The position numbers were made by a program, and so were the translations under genes. A stretch of DNA of 64,000 bases, taken from Candidatus Dormiibacterota bacterium (GTDB lineage Bacteria; Chloroflexota; Dormibacteria; Aeolococcales; Bog-877). The stretch covers positions 26,598 through 90,597 of the forward strand of contig DATLRH010000024.1 of the NCBI GenBank assembly GCA_035534755.1. The letters are read 5' to 3'. Positions 41,846 to 49,985 of this stretch are shown here, piece by piece. Numbering within the stretch: the first letter of the stretch is position 1; each line of letters opens with the position of its first letter. A model generated the notes under the pieces. The model searched no databases and had not been told where the DNA came from. It saw only the letters and a program-made list of their open reading frames with translations.

Positions 41846-42157
41846 TCAGGACTTGCCGTTGGACGCAACCACCGCCAGGATGTCACGCTCGGACAGGATC
41901 AGGTAATCCTGCTCGTCGATCTTGATCTCCGACCCGGAATACTTGGCGTAGATGACCCGATCGCCGACGACCACGTCCAGGGCGACCCGCTGGCCGGTCT
42001 GCTCGTTGTACTTGCCATTGCCGACCGCCTCGATCAGTCCTTCCTGGGGCTTCTCCTTGGCAGTGTCGGGTAGCACGATCCCGCTCTTGGTGGTCTCTTC
42101 CCGCTCCAGCGGCTTGACGACGACACGGTCCGCTAGTGGCCGTAGCTTCAGGGCCAT
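41846..42157 (-). CDS. groES: Co-chaperonin GroES (Cpn10)
   Basis: [36 protein letters not shown]... AGGAGG lies upstream of the ATG. Confidence 0.98.
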   Translation of the reverse strand: MALKLRPLADRVVVKPLEREETTKSGIVLPDTAKEKPQEGLIEAVGNGKYNEQTGQRVALDVVVGDRVIYAKYSGSEIKIDEQDYLILSERDILAVVASNGKS

Positions 42158-42175
42158 TCCCTACCTCCTGCACTG

Positions 42176-42202
42176 TTAGCACTCAACCCTTGTGAGTGCT
42201 AA
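42176..42202 (-). promoter_or_regulatory. CIRCE operator (HrcA binding site)
   Basis: Perfect match to the consensus TTAGCACTC-N9-GAGTGCTAA, 19 nt upstream of the groES start codon. Confidence 0.95.
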
Positions 42203-42203
42203 C

Positions 42204-42233
42204 AGTCTATCCCGGACCGATCCCCATCTGCAA
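42204..42233 (-). promoter_or_regulatory. Candidate sigmaA promoter of groES-groEL
   Basis: On the minus strand: TTGCAG (42233-42228), an 18-nt spacer, then TAGACT (42209-42204). It directly abuts CIRCE, which is the classical arrangement. Confidence 0.5.
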
Positions 42234-42297
42234 GTCCGCTCTCGGGGAACCCCGACCCAGGTCGTGGGGGCGCCGAGAAGCTACGATCCGGAGCCTG

Positions 42298-43314
42298 ATG
42301 ACGTCCCCCACCCAGCCCCTGAGGCGCTCCGGGCACGAGATCGTCGACTACGACAGCGGCTTCGACTACCGCGCCTTCTGGGGGAACCGCGACTACGAGC
42401 AATGGGTGGAGGCCCGGACCCTCCGTCGGCTGCTTCCCCGCCTGGGCCGGTCGGACTGGTTCGCGGACTTCGGGGGCGGATACGGACGCAACGCCGCCCA
42501 CTATCTGAACTTGGCGGAGCACACCATTCTGGTGGACTACTCAGTGACCCAACTTAGCCGCGCCGCTGAGCTCCTCGAGGATCAGATCAAGACCGGGAAG
42601 CTCCACCTGATGCGGGCCGACCTGGGCCACCTGCCTCTCATCGACGGGGCCGTGGATACGGCCATGGTCATCAGGGTTCTCCACCACCTCAGCGACGCCG
42701 ACCGCTGCCTCGGCGAGATGTCCCGGGTCGTCGGTCGACGCTGGCTGGTGGACGTTCCGATCAAACACCACGTTCTGGCCCGCCTCCGAAGCGCCGGGCG
42801 CGGCAGCAGTTCAGGGGTCCGGGGTCCGGAGCCGATCGTGACCGGGTCGACCGAGTACCCGTTTTACACATTTCAGCTCGCCGCCGTCCGCAGCCGCCTG
42901 CGACGGGCCGGATTCCGACCCCACTCCGCCGCCAGCGTGAACAATTTCCGCCGCTGGGACCAGCACATACCCCCCGCCGTGGTGCGGCCGCTACGGCCCG
43001 TCGTCTACCCGTTGGAGCTCGCCTTGCAGCGGATCGGCAGAGGCTGGTGGGGACCCAGCCAGTTCCTTTTTGCCACTAGAGTCCGGGCCCAGTCCGCTCG
43101 GCTGCTGCCGGCCGATCCCAGCACCCCTGGGAATCTGGCGGGACTGTCCCGGCGTACCCGCTGCCCGGAGTGCTCCTCTCAGCTGGGATGGACTATGGCC
43201 CAGGCCTCCTGCGCCGCCTGCGGCCGACGGTATCCGTTCAGGGAAGGGTTTTGGGATTTCTCGACCGGCGCCGGGCAACCCTCCCCCGAGGTGCTGGGCG
43301 GACCCGACGGCTGA
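42298..43314 (+). CDS. Class I SAM-dependent methyltransferase with C-terminal Trm112-like zinc ribbon
   Basis: Motif I-like ADFGGGYGRN plus IRVLHHL, and a C-terminal CPECSSQL...CAACGRRYPFREGFWDF. ATG 42298 was chosen because the track start 42196 would overlap CIRCE. Confidence 0.75.
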   Translation: MTSPTQPLRRSGHEIVDYDSGFDYRAFWGNRDYEQWVEARTLRRLLPRLGRSDWFADFGGGYGRNAAHYLNLAEHTILVDYSVTQLSRAAELLEDQIKTGKLHLMRADLGHLPLIDGAVDTAMVIRVLHHLSDADRCLGEMSRVVGRRWLVDVPIKHHVLARLRSAGRGSSSGVRGPEPIVTGSTEYPFYTFQLAAVRSRLRRAGFRPHSAASVNNFRRWDQHIPPAVVRPLRPVVYPLELALQRIGRGWWGPSQFLFATRVRAQSARLLPADPSTPGNLAGLSRRTRCPECSSQLGWTMAQASCAACGRRYPFREGFWDFSTGAGQPSPEVLGGPDG

Positions 43315-43334
43315 CTGGGGAGCGGGCGGTAGGC

Positions 43335-43367
43335 CCGGGACGACTGCGGTGCCCCACGGCGTCCCGG
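43335..43367. terminator. Candidate bidirectional hairpin between convergent methyltransferase and tsaD genes
   Basis: CCGGGACG / 17-nt loop / CGTCCCGG in the 131-nt convergent gap. No clear U-tract. Confidence 0.25.
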
Positions 43368-43445
43368 TAGCCCAACCGTAGGGACCCGGACGGGGGCCGA
43401 CCGAGCCGGAGATCGGATTATGGCCATGGAGAGGTCGGGAACGGG

Positions 43446-44441
43446 TCACACGTAGGCGCGCAGGCCTGGCTCAACTCCGAATGGCTCGGGATCGAATCCC
43501 GCCCGAGCCACCTTGGTCCAAGCTGCGGCGCCAATCATCGCGGCATTGTCGGTGCACAGATCAGGCGCTGGAATGGTGACCGTGGCGATGCCCTGGAGCC
43601 GCTCCCGGACCAGCTGTCGCAGGAGCTGGTTTCGGGCCACTCCTCCGGCCAGCACCACCCGGGTGCTGGCGGTCTGCTCGACCGCTGCCTCAAGCTGGAT
43701 GCAGAGAGTTTCGACCGCTGCCAGCCGAAAGCTGGCCGCAAGGTCGGCTACCTGCTCTTGACTCAGCTCGCCGAGGTCGCGGATAAGGTACAAAACAGCG
43801 GTCTTCAATCCGCTGAAGGAAAATTCAAAGTCCGGCAGAACGGGCCGGGGCAGTCGGTATTTCGAGGCATCACCGGTTGCCGCTAAGCGGTCTATGGCTG
43901 GACCCCCGGGGTAGGGCAGTCCCAACATTCGGGCGACTTTGTCAAACGCCTCGCCGACGGCGTCATCCCGGGTCGCCCCCATCAGGACCACTCGATCGTG
44001 AGCCTGATAGTGAATGAGGTCGGTGTGCCCGCCACTGACCACCAGCGCCACAAAGGGGGGCTCCAGGGTGGGATCTTCGATTCGCGCGGCCAGAACATGG
44101 CCGCTCATGTGGCTCACCCCCACCACTGGCAGCCCCAGTCCCGCGGCCAAACTCTGGGCATAGGTGACCCCGACGGCGAGACACCCGACTAGGCCCGGGC
44201 CAAAGGCGACCGCCACCCCGTCCAAAGATTTGCCAAGGCCGCCGATCGGCTCAACCGACTCCGCCACCACACTGGGAAGTCGCTCCAGGTGCATCCTGGC
44301 GGCCAGTTCGGGAACCACACCGCCGAATGCCGCGTGGGCGGCTGCCTGAGAGGCGATCACCGAACTCTCGACCGTGAAGTCGTCGCGTACTACGGCGGCG
44401 GCCGTCTCGTCGCAGGTGGTCTCGAGAGCGAGCAGCCTCAC
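43446..44441 (-). CDS. tsaD: tRNA N6-adenosine threonylcarbamoyltransferase
   Basis: LALETTCDETAAAVV, and the HMSGH metal-binding motif in GVSHMSGHV. It overlaps the rimI stop by 4 nt. Confidence 0.96.
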   Translation of the reverse strand: MRLLALETTCDETAAAVVRDDFTVESSVIASQAAAHAAFGGVVPELAARMHLERLPSVVAESVEPIGGLGKSLDGVAVAFGPGLVGCLAVGVTYAQSLAAGLGLPVVGVSHMSGHVLAARIEDPTLEPPFVALVVSGGHTDLIHYQAHDRVVLMGATRDDAVGEAFDKVARMLGLPYPGGPAIDRLAATGDASKYRLPRPVLPDFEFSFSGLKTAVLYLIRDLGELSQEQVADLAASFRLAAVETLCIQLEAAVEQTASTRVVLAGGVARNQLLRQLVRERLQGIATVTIPAPDLCTDNAAMIGAAAWTKVARAGFDPEPFGVEPGLRAYV

Positions 44442-44995
44442 GAGGAGGGGATGTCGGCCGAGGGGGGTGCCCCCAGCCCCTCGATCTCAAGGCCCTCAAG
44501 GATGGCGAGGAAGCGGCGCTTGAAGTGGGGGGCGTGGATCAGGTCGGACCACATCACCAAGGCGTCTTCACCGTTGTCGGTGTAATAACCTCGGCGCCTG
44601 CCGATCACCTTGAACCCAAAGTTCTCGTAGAGGCGGATCGCGGGCTCATTGTTGGGCCGCACCTCGAGGCTGATGAAGTTTGCCCGCAAGGCGTACGAGC
44701 GGTTTACCAGGGCGGCGAATATCGCCCGCCCGAATCCCTGCCCCTGCCACTCGGCCGCCACCCCGATGGTGGTGACATGGGCCTCTTCGCCGACAGCCCA
44801 GAGCCCGCCGTAGCCGACCACCAGACGGTTGCGCCGCAGGCAGATGTAGTGGGCCGCCCGGTTCTGGTTCAGCTCGCGCTGATAGGCGCTGCCCGGCCAC
44901 GGGGTGGGAAACACCGCCAGCTCTATGGTGCGCACCTCGGCGATATCCTCGTCCCGCATCGGACTCACCCGCAGTTGCTCGCTGATCAGGACCAC
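44438..44995 (-). CDS. rimI: Ribosomal-protein-alanine N-acetyltransferase (GNAT)
   Basis: GNAT acetyl-CoA motif WQGQGFGRAIFAAL. GTG 44995 lies 7 nt after GGGAG and overlaps the end of tsaB by 10 nt. ATG 44959 is the alternative. The track's longer N-terminus runs through tsaB. Confidence 0.85.
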   Translation of the reverse strand: MVLISEQLRVSPMRDEDIAEVRTIELAVFPTPWPGSAYQRELNQNRAAHYICLRRNRLVVGYGGLWAVGEEAHVTTIGVAAEWQGQGFGRAIFAALVNRSYALRANFISLEVRPNNEPAIRLYENFGFKVIGRRRGYYTDNGEDALVMWSDLIHAPHFKRRFLAILEGLEIEGLGAPPSADIPSS

Positions 44996-45651
44996 TTTCG
45001 AGCTCCCACTGGTTCCGCGTAGTCCGCCGAGACCTGATCGTACCCTGAGTTCGCCGCCAGCGGTACTCTCAGGAGCCAGGCCAAAGCCGTCCGCGGGTCC
45101 CGGACCGGCCGCAGCGACCGGGTGCCGGGAGGAAGGTCGCGGCCCTCGCCCGGAGTCCCGACCGCGAAGTGGTACGAGGCCCACCTCTCAGGCCAGGGCA
45201 GCTCCCGGGCGAGCAGCTCAGACCCACCCTCAGGGCGCCAGCCGGGATTCAACCCTGGTCTTTGCTCCGGCACCATGGCCTGGCCATAGGTGCCACCCCG
45301 TCCGGCATCGGCGAGCGCCAAGATCGGCTCGGCGGCCGGATCGACACTGGCCGCGACGATCACCAGCGAGCCCACCAGGGCGATCGGACAGGCTAATCCC
45401 TGGGCCGCGCCCAGGGCCGCCGCCAGGCCTCCCCGGACCCCAATGTATGACCCCGGGCCGGAGCTGGCCACAACCAGTCCGATCCGCTCGCGGTGAGACG
45501 CCAGGACGGCCCGAACTGAGCGGGTCAGGGTCAAGTCCTTCCCTGCGGCCGGGTCCTGCTCCTCCAGGCTCCCGTCCGCGCCCACCAGGACCACCAAGGG
45601 CGCCGTCCGCGCGGAGCCGTCGATGGCGAGCACCAATGCCCTGGTGGCCAT
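44986..45651 (-). CDS. tsaB: tRNA threonylcarbamoyladenosine biosynthesis protein TsaB
   Basis: LVLAIDGS...SGPGSYIGVRGG (inactive Kae1/TsaD paralog). ATG 45651 lies directly after the tsaE stop. Confidence 0.9.
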   Translation of the reverse strand: MATRALVLAIDGSARTAPLVVLVGADGSLEEQDPAAGKDLTLTRSVRAVLASHRERIGLVVASSGPGSYIGVRGGLAAALGAAQGLACPIALVGSLVIVAASVDPAAEPILALADAGRGGTYGQAMVPEQRPGLNPGWRPEGGSELLARELPWPERWASYHFAVGTPGEGRDLPPGTRSLRPVRDPRTALAWLLRVPLAANSGYDQVSADYAEPVGARKWS

Positions 45652-45653
45652 GT

Positions 45654-46079
45654 CTAGGCAACGCTCCCAAGACCGCCCCGGAGTTGGAGCTGGATCTCCC
45701 GCTCGGAGCGGGACAAGATCCGCAGGCGGACCCGACCGGTGAACCAGCCCGGCTGGCAGCGCTCCGGCCATTCGATGATGACCGCTCCGTCTGCCAGCGC
45801 CTCGTCGACTCCGAGGGAACGCGGATCGGTCCCCCCGCCCAAGCGATAGAGGTCGAGATGGTGGACCGGGACCCGGCCCGGATAGATGGCGTGGAGCAGG
45901 AAGGTGGGACTGCGAACATCCTGGCCACCCCCGGCCCCGGACACGATCCCCTGGGCCAGGACGGTCTTGCCCGCTCCCATGTCGCCCTCCAGGGCGAGGC
46001 AGTCCCCCGCCGCCAGGCCCTCTCCGATCCGCCTCCCGAGCGCCCGAGTCTGGTCGGCGGAGTAGGTTCGAACGACCAC
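45654..46079 (-). CDS. tsaE: tRNA threonylcarbamoyladenosine biosynthesis ATPase TsaE
   Basis: P-loop GDMGAGKTVLAQG, then SPTFLL...HHLDLYRL. Confidence 0.93.
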   Translation of the reverse strand: MVVRTYSADQTRALGRRIGEGLAAGDCLALEGDMGAGKTVLAQGIVSGAGGGQDVRSPTFLLHAIYPGRVPVHHLDLYRLGGGTDPRSLGVDEALADGAVIIEWPERCQPGWFTGRVRLRILSRSEREIQLQLRGGLGSVA

Positions 46080-46092
46080 TTCCGGGCCTAGC

Positions 46093-47118
46093 TCAGAAAT
46101 GGCGGAATCCCGCCCTAGCTGGCGGGTCGACCGGGTCTCCTCCCCGGTCGCGGAGCAGCCTCGTCCCCGCGTGCGCAGTGAGCTGGCCGATCACGGCAAC
46201 CGGGGGCAGCTCGCCGGGCCACCCCGAGACCAATCCGGCCACCAGCCGCTCTGGAAACGCCGCCAGCAGCTCGAAGTCCTCGCCTCCCACGAGTGCCAGC
46301 TCCTCCCCCTTGCCGGTCGCCCCCAGTCCCTGGCCAATCGGAAGGCGGTCAAGCCAGATCTCGGCCCCGACCCGGCTCGACGCGCAGAGCCGGCCCAGGT
46401 CAAGCAGCAGACCGTCACTGAGATCGGTCATGGCGGTCGCCCCGGCCGCGCGGAGAGCCACCCCAGCCGACACCCGGGAAGGTGGCTCCAGGAGCCGCTG
46501 CCGCCACTCCGGCGGTAGCGGGGCCATGCCCTCCTCGAGCTGGTGGAGAGCCGCCGCGGCCAATCCCAGGCTCCCGGTCACGACCAGCCAGTCGCCCGCC
46601 GAGCCTCCCCCCAGCCTGACGACGGGGCCGTCCGTCACCTCTCCCATGACGGTCACGTTGAGGGACAAGGGTCCGTCGATGCGACTCAGGTCCCCACCCA
46701 TAACCGCCGCGCCGTCGACCGCGGCGGCCTCGACCACTCCCAGCTGAATGGCATGCAGGGCCAGGGCAGAGGTCGAACCGGGAAGAGCGGCCGCGAGCAG
46801 TCCCCCTCTCGGCACGGCCCCCATCGCCGCGAGATCGGACACGGCAGCCATCCAGGCCTTCCAGCCCACCTGGTAGGGGCGCTGGTACTGGCGCCGGAAG
46901 TCGGTTCCCTCGCAGAGGCCGTCGGTGGACCAGAGGACCAGACTTCCCGGCGTGGGGCGCCAGCCAGCCGCGTCGTCGCCGGGGCCCACCTCGGCGGCCC
47001 CCGCTGTGCTTCCGGCCAGGGCAACTAGATCGAAAAGCAATGCGGACTCCCCCCGGTCCCCGACCTGGTCACCGCCGCCCCAGCCCGCCGCACGCAGCGA
47101 ATTCCGGGAGGCGGGCAC
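46093..47118 (-). CDS. thiL: Thiamine-monophosphate kinase
   Basis: AIR-synthase-like fold with GESALL...GPGDDAA...STDGL. Start assigned to GTG 47118, 8 nt after GAGG and 11 nt after the thiG stop. The track start 47259 would overlap thiG by 131 nt. Confidence 0.85.
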   Translation of the reverse strand: MPASRNSLRAAGWGGGDQVGDRGESALLFDLVALAGSTAGAAEVGPGDDAAGWRPTPGSLVLWSTDGLCEGTDFRRQYQRPYQVGWKAWMAAVSDLAAMGAVPRGGLLAAALPGSTSALALHAIQLGVVEAAAVDGAAVMGGDLSRIDGPLSLNVTVMGEVTDGPVVRLGGGSAGDWLVVTGSLGLAAAALHQLEEGMAPLPPEWRQRLLEPPSRVSAGVALRAAGATAMTDLSDGLLLDLGRLCASSRVGAEIWLDRLPIGQGLGATGKGEELALVGGEDFELLAAFPERLVAGLVSGWPGELPPVAVIGQLTAHAGTRLLRDRGGDPVDPPARAGFRHF

Positions 47119-47128
47119 CGAACTCGCC

Positions 47129-47929
47129 TCAGACAGAGGCCCGGGCCCCTGCTCCGGGCATGCCTGCCAGTGGGCTGCTGGCCCCGAAACCCGCCTCTCG
47201 GCGGTCGCCCGCCAGTCCGGCCAGGAAGGCCGCCCGACCCACCTGGACTCCCCTGGCAAACGCGGCCGCCATGGCGACCGGATCCCCTGCCCGGGCGATG
47301 CCGGTATTCACCAGCACGCCCGCCGCCCCCCACTCCATGACCCGAACCGCATCGGCCGGAGATCCCAGCCCGGCGTCGACGATCACGGGGACCGGGCATC
47401 TTTCGATGATCGCCCGCATGTTGTGGGGATTCAGGACTCCCAGAGTCGACCCGATGGGCGCCGCCCCCGGCATCACGGCCGCGGCCCCGGCCTCGGCGAG
47501 GCGGAGAGCCAGCCCGACGTCGTCGCTGGCATAGGGCAGCACGGTGAAGCCGTCCGAGACCAGCTCCCGGGTCGCCTCCAGGGTTGCGATCGGATCCGGC
47601 AGGAGCGTCTCGGCGTCACCGACGACCTCAATCTTGATGAACTCGGCGAGACCAGCGGCTCGGGCCAGGCGGGCCAGCCTCACAGCCTCCTTGGCAGTCG
47701 TCGCCCCGGCCGTGTTGGGAAGCACCGTGAAGGCGCTCAGGTCCAACCCGGTCAACTCCGAGCGTTCGTCGCCATCGAGGTGAAGACGGCGGACGGCCAC
47801 CGTGATCATCACCGCTCCTGAAGCCGCGATGGCCGCAGCGAGCACCTCCGGTGAGGGGAACTTCCCGGTGCCGTGAATGAGTCGCGACTGGAGCCGGACT
47901 TCCCCCAATCTGAGCGCGTCGTCAGTCAT
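47129..47929 (-). CDS. thiG: Thiazole synthase
   Basis: RLIHGTGKF..., IKIEV..., DAGLGSPADA. ATG 47929 lies 8 nt after GGAGG. Confidence 0.95.
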   Translation of the reverse strand: MTDDALRLGEVRLQSRLIHGTGKFPSPEVLAAAIAASGAVMITVAVRRLHLDGDERSELTGLDLSAFTVLPNTAGATTAKEAVRLARLARAAGLAEFIKIEVVGDAETLLPDPIATLEATRELVSDGFTVLPYASDDVGLALRLAEAGAAAVMPGAAPIGSTLGVLNPHNMRAIIERCPVPVIVDAGLGSPADAVRVMEWGAAGVLVNTGIARAGDPVAMAAAFARGVQVGRAAFLAGLAGDRREAGFGASSPLAGMPGAGARASV

Positions 47930-48818
47930 GACTCTTGCCTCCGCCCACGAGGTGGACAACCTCGACCTGATCACCGGTCACCACCTCTACCCGGGCCAAC
48001 TCGTCGGGCCGGAGGATCCCGCCGTTGATCTCCACAACGACTCCGGCAACCCCGACCTCGAGGCGTGCCAGAAGGTCGACCATTGAGCTTCCCGGCGGGC
48101 AGCGTCGTGGCTCGCCGTTGAGCTCAAGTTCGACCCAGCGCGGGGCCGCCTGGATCTCTTCTCGAAGCTCCCGGGCCGCCCCCGCGGGGTCGTCGGCTGT
48201 GCAGATCGCCCGCACCACTCCGACCATGTCCGCCCCGGCGGCCACCGCCTGACCGGCGCTGCCCCTTCCCAGGCCGCCGATTGCGACCACCGGCACCGAG
48301 GCCCAGCTGGCGGCGGTGCGGACATGATCGAACCCCACCGCGGGGCGCCCGGGCTTGGTCGGGGTGGCATTGACCGGCCCCGCGGCCAGGTAATCGACCG
48401 GCTTTTTCGAGGCCCTGGTCACGTCGCTCCGCGAGTGGGTGGAGAGCCCGATCAGCAGCTCCGGGCCGAGTCGGGCCCGGGCCGTCTCAGGGTCGAGGTC
48501 AGCTTGGCCCAGATGAACGCCGTCTGCCTGGATCGCGCGCGCCAGCTCGACATGGTCGTCGACAATGAAGAGGGCGCCTCCGGCGTGGGCGGCATCTCGA
48601 CATGCCCGGGCCAGCTCGGTCAGATCAGCGGCCGCGGTCTGCTTGCGCCGCAGCTGGACCACGTCCGCGCCGCCCGCCACCGCGGCCGTGATCAGTCGAG
48701 GGAGCTGCTCCTCTGGCGTGGCATCGTCGGTCACCAGATATAGCCTGGCCCCTCGCAGCTGGGCTCTGAGTTCGGCTCCGGCCGAGCGCCGCGCCGGATC
48801 CACCCGGAGCTGGGACAT
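47922..48818 (-). CDS. thiE: Thiamine-phosphate synthase (ThiE) fused to sulfur-carrier ThiS
   Basis: N-terminal ThiE (RLYLVTDD..., VQLRRK, GGLG). The C-terminal roughly 66 aa are ThiS-like (ELNGEP...VEINGGILRPDE...GDQVEVVHLVGGG) in the same frame with no intervening stop, ending GGG-KSHD. Confidence 0.88.
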   Translation of the reverse strand: MSQLRVDPARRSAGAELRAQLRGARLYLVTDDATPEEQLPRLITAAVAGGADVVQLRRKQTAAADLTELARACRDAAHAGGALFIVDDHVELARAIQADGVHLGQADLDPETARARLGPELLIGLSTHSRSDVTRASKKPVDYLAAGPVNATPTKPGRPAVGFDHVRTAASWASVPVVAIGGLGRGSAGQAVAAGADMVGVVRAICTADDPAGAARELREEIQAAPRWVELELNGEPRRCPPGSSMVDLLARLEVGVAGVVVEINGGILRPDELARVEVVTGDQVEVVHLVGGGKSHD

Positions 48819-48827
48819 GGATCAATA

Positions 48828-49985
48828 CTATTCAGCCCCGCCTCCCAGCGCCTCCGGGCGGGACTCTCGGGGCACGCGGCTCATCAGCGCGGTGGTGACT
48901 TCGTAGTTGGAGGTGCCAAGGCGCTCGGCTACCATCTCGGCACTCAGTCGAGCTTCGCCGTCAACCCCGATCAGGGTGGCTACGGCACCAACGCGCACCG
49001 CGGGCGGCTGGCTGACGTCCACCGCACAGAGGTCCATCGACACGGCCCCCAGGAGCGCCCTCGGCTTGCCCTCGATGAGGACCTCTCCCCAGTTCCGTGG
49101 CCCCCGTCGGAACCCGTCGCCATAGCCAACGGGCAGGGTCGCGACCTGCATCGGCCGTGCCGCCCGAAAGCCGTCCTCGTAGCCGACGAAGGTGCCCTCC
49201 GCGATCGCGCGCACCTGGACCACCGTGGTCTTGAAGCTAAGCACCGGCTCGCGCTGGCGACCGTCGGGGGTACGCAGGCCGAGCAGTTCGACTCCGCATC
49301 GGACCAGATCCAGGCGTGACTCAGGAAGAGTGCACCAGGCGGCACTGTTGGCAGCATGGCGGAGACGAAAGCGGTGCCCGGCCACCTCGGCGGCTTTGAC
49401 CGCGCTCAGGAAGCGATCCAGTTGGTCTCGGGTCACCTTCCTGTCGGAGCCCTTGCGGAACTGGGTATAGCAACCCTCCAGCTCCAGATGGGAGCGGTTC
49501 CGAGCAGCATCGACGAAGGCTGGCAGCCGCTCACAGGCAAGCCCCAGCCGGCTCATCCCAGTGTCCACTTTGACGTGGGCGCTGGCGACCCGACCCTGCT
49601 CCCTGCCTGCCTCCTCCAGCGCCGCCAGCACTTCGTCGTCGAATACGGTCACCGCGAGCCTCCCGGCGACCGCCGCGCCGACCTGCTCGGGACCGGTGTA
49701 GCCCAGGACCAGGATGGGCGCGGCGATTCCGTCGTGGCGCAGCTCCAGACCTTCCGTCACGGTCGCCGTGGCCACCCAGCTGGCGCCATTCTCAAGGGCC
49801 GTCCGAGCCACAGCGACCGCGCCGTGCCCATAGGCGGCGGCCTTTACCACGGCCATCAACGGCACTCCGCCCAGCTCCGCCACTACCTGGGAAACGTTTC
49901 GGCTCAGCGCCGCGTGATCGAGCTCGATCCAGGTCGGGCGCTGTCGGGAGCGAAAGATATCACCCGAACTGGTCGGGGCACTCAA
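48828..49985 (-). CDS. alr: Alanine racemase
   Basis: PLP-lysine motif VVKAAAYGHGAV and a C-terminal beta-domain. TTG start overlaps the upstream stop as TTGA. Confidence 0.93.
   Translation of the reverse strand: MSAPTSSGDIFRSRQRPTWIELDHAALSRNVSQVVAELGGVPLMAVVKAAAYGHGAVAVARTALENGASWVATATVTEGLELRHDGIAAPILVLGYTGPEQVGAAVAGRLAVTVFDDEVLAALEEAGREQGRVASAHVKVDTGMSRLGLACERLPAFVDAARNRSHLELEGCYTQFRKGSDRKVTRDQLDRFLSAVKAAEVAGHRFRLRHAANSAAWCTLPESRLDLVRCGVELLGLRTPDGRQREPVLSFKTTVVQVRAIAEGTFVGYEDGFRAARPMQVATLPVGYGDGFRRGPRNWGEVLIEGKPRALLGAVSMDLCAVDVSQPPAVRVGAVATLIGVDGEARLSAEMVAERLGTSNYEVTTALMSRVPRESRPEALGGGAE

Noticed and set aside
44904-46091. 395-aa plus-strand ORF across rimI/tsaB/tsaE
   Set aside because: It is antisense to three well-supported genes, and its translation is extremely Pro/Arg/Gly/Ser-rich. 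This is a typical high-GC shadow ORF.
48819-48827. Possible TPP (THI-box) riboswitch in front of the thi genes
   Set aside because: The alr stop and the thiE start are 9 nt apart, and no THI-box-like sequence was seen in the adjacent alr 3' region.
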